From Microbotryum violaceum (taxonomy: Eukaryota): a stretch of DNA of 64,000 bases. Location of the stretch: assembly GCA_001244265.2 (NCBI GenBank), contig CDLV01000012.1, positions 62,001 to 126,000 on the forward strand. Reading direction: 5' to 3'. The number at the start of each line of letters is the position of its first letter. The stretch's first letter is position 1. The translations under genes and the position numbers were made by a program. Positions 62,731 to 64,000 of this stretch are shown here, one piece after another. The notes under the pieces were generated by a model. That model saw only the letters and a list, made by a program, of their open reading frames with translations, did not search any database and was not told where the DNA came from.

Positions 62731-64000
62731 GACGGCAAGAGTGCTTGGAGTGTTGCTTGTGAGGGACGTTGAGATGATTCGTCAAGCTGAGTAACGAACT
62801 GATGGAAGAAAGGAAAGAGCAATGGTACAAGACTCAGTTACTCAGGCAAAAGCCCCGGCCGGGGAGGCTACTGCGTGATTGACACCGAGTTCGGCATTCG
62901 GATGCGGTAAGGCGATGCTCAGGTGGCACTGTTGCATACACCGCCCGGCTGTGTCACAATTCGGGCTGGATTCCTCTCATCTACCTAGATAGCTGCTTCC
63001 GGCATTTTCCGGTCTGCACAGCAATTTCATTCAAGCGTTGTTCAAGTGCTTCTGCTGTGCAACGCGGTTTAAGTAGCCCGAGTGCTGCCGCTCGGCCTTG
63101 TCTCCTATCTGTTTGTCCCGCCGGCACACTCCAATCGATTGAGACCACACGGATACCTGCCCGTCGAGCACGCGCCGCTACACGGGCGACCCTATGGGCT
63201 GCGGGAACCGCACGGATCCGTTTCTGGTTTCCGTATGTCCGGCCGGCGGGGCGGTTCGTATGGATTCGGTAGTCTAACAGACTAGAATGATCGGAATTAC
63301 AATCCACTTCTCCCCAAATCCCATATTTCGGGTGCATGAGAAACACAACAGACGACCGGTACATGCTCTGAGGTCTTGTATAACCTTTTCATCCATGACA
63401 TTTGCTGGCAAGTTGATGTTGTCATGTTTTACAAACTATATGGAATCCAGCAGGAAAACACCGAGTTTCTAAGATGGTCAACCATGTGGCGCCGTTACGG
63501 TTTGTGGACATAAGAATTCTGCATGATTGAGGGTTGCGCGTGTAAGACGTACTTCCCCAGTGTGACCACCGACCAGCTCTCCTACTACGACGAGCCCATG
63601 ATAAAAGCAGAAACCGGGCCCTTCGGGGCTGAGCCGTCCCAGGTATCGGCTACTACCTAATGTACTCCACTCCCCCTCTCCCCCTCTCCCCCGCCGTCCC
63701 CCCCTCCCCTTCCACCTCAGGCTCTCATATGTTAGGCCTGCAACACGTTTGACTCGAATACCAACCCCTGGTGAAACAACGTTGCAACGGTGATGACTCA
63801 CAGCGAACACAGGAGAACAAGTTGTCAGGAGCGCGGTAGTGAAACAGACACGTCGTTGTGCCTATTCGCATCGACCCGGACAAACTCTTCGGTCGGACCG
63901 AGTCTTTTCTCCCTTTCACCTCGCACCCTGGTCTCTTTGCCTTGCCCCACAAGAGTAATTTCATTTATCGCACCCACGCCTCCACGACATGCATCTCTTC

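Noticed and set aside
62981-63964. ORFs at the right end of the window
   Set aside because: No motif, splice pattern or codon bias that I can support.
1-64000. CRISPR arrays, rRNA, tRNA or snoRNA genes
   Set aside because: Eukaryotic DNA with no regularly spaced repeats. No cloverleaf or complete C/D box pair was recognised by eye, and a covariance-model scan would be needed to exclude them.

Overview
Intron-rich fungal (basidiomycete) genomic DNA. The gene content and introns suggest a Microbotryomycetes yeast or anther smut, but this is inference. About 19 protein-coding genes can be rebuilt by hand from GT/GC-AG introns: the 3' end of a coiled-coil gene, a multi-BRCT protein (Rtt107/Brc1-like), SPC98/GCP3, a small Zn-binding protein, a Kv-beta-type aldo-keto reductase, a GPI-anchored chitin deacetylase, a GH28 polygalacturonase, DPH4, an F-box/WD-like protein, a SIRT4-class sirtuin, ARG3, VPS26, an APC-family amine/GABA permease, an aldehyde dehydrogenase, a short Ert1/Rds2-type Zn2Cys6 protein, eIF3c, ATP5 (OSCP), RAX2 and two paralogous Cys-free small secreted proteins. 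There are two rearranged accessory regions. At 6.1-9.3 kb lie a large foldback, an SDR pseudogene with an inverted exon copy and a MITE-like insert. At 57.5-61 kb lie a 42-bp perfect inverted repeat and a deleted Helitron between the secreted paralogs. The most interesting candidates are hidden regulatory or coding layers: a structured permease intron that hides an unproductive 5' splice site, a post-stop extension of the sirtuin ending in PTS1-like KARL, a probable CUG start for DPH4, and an eIF3c ATG split by an intron. No rRNA, tRNA or CRISPR array was seen. Gene coordinates span first to last codon including introns and are hand predictions.
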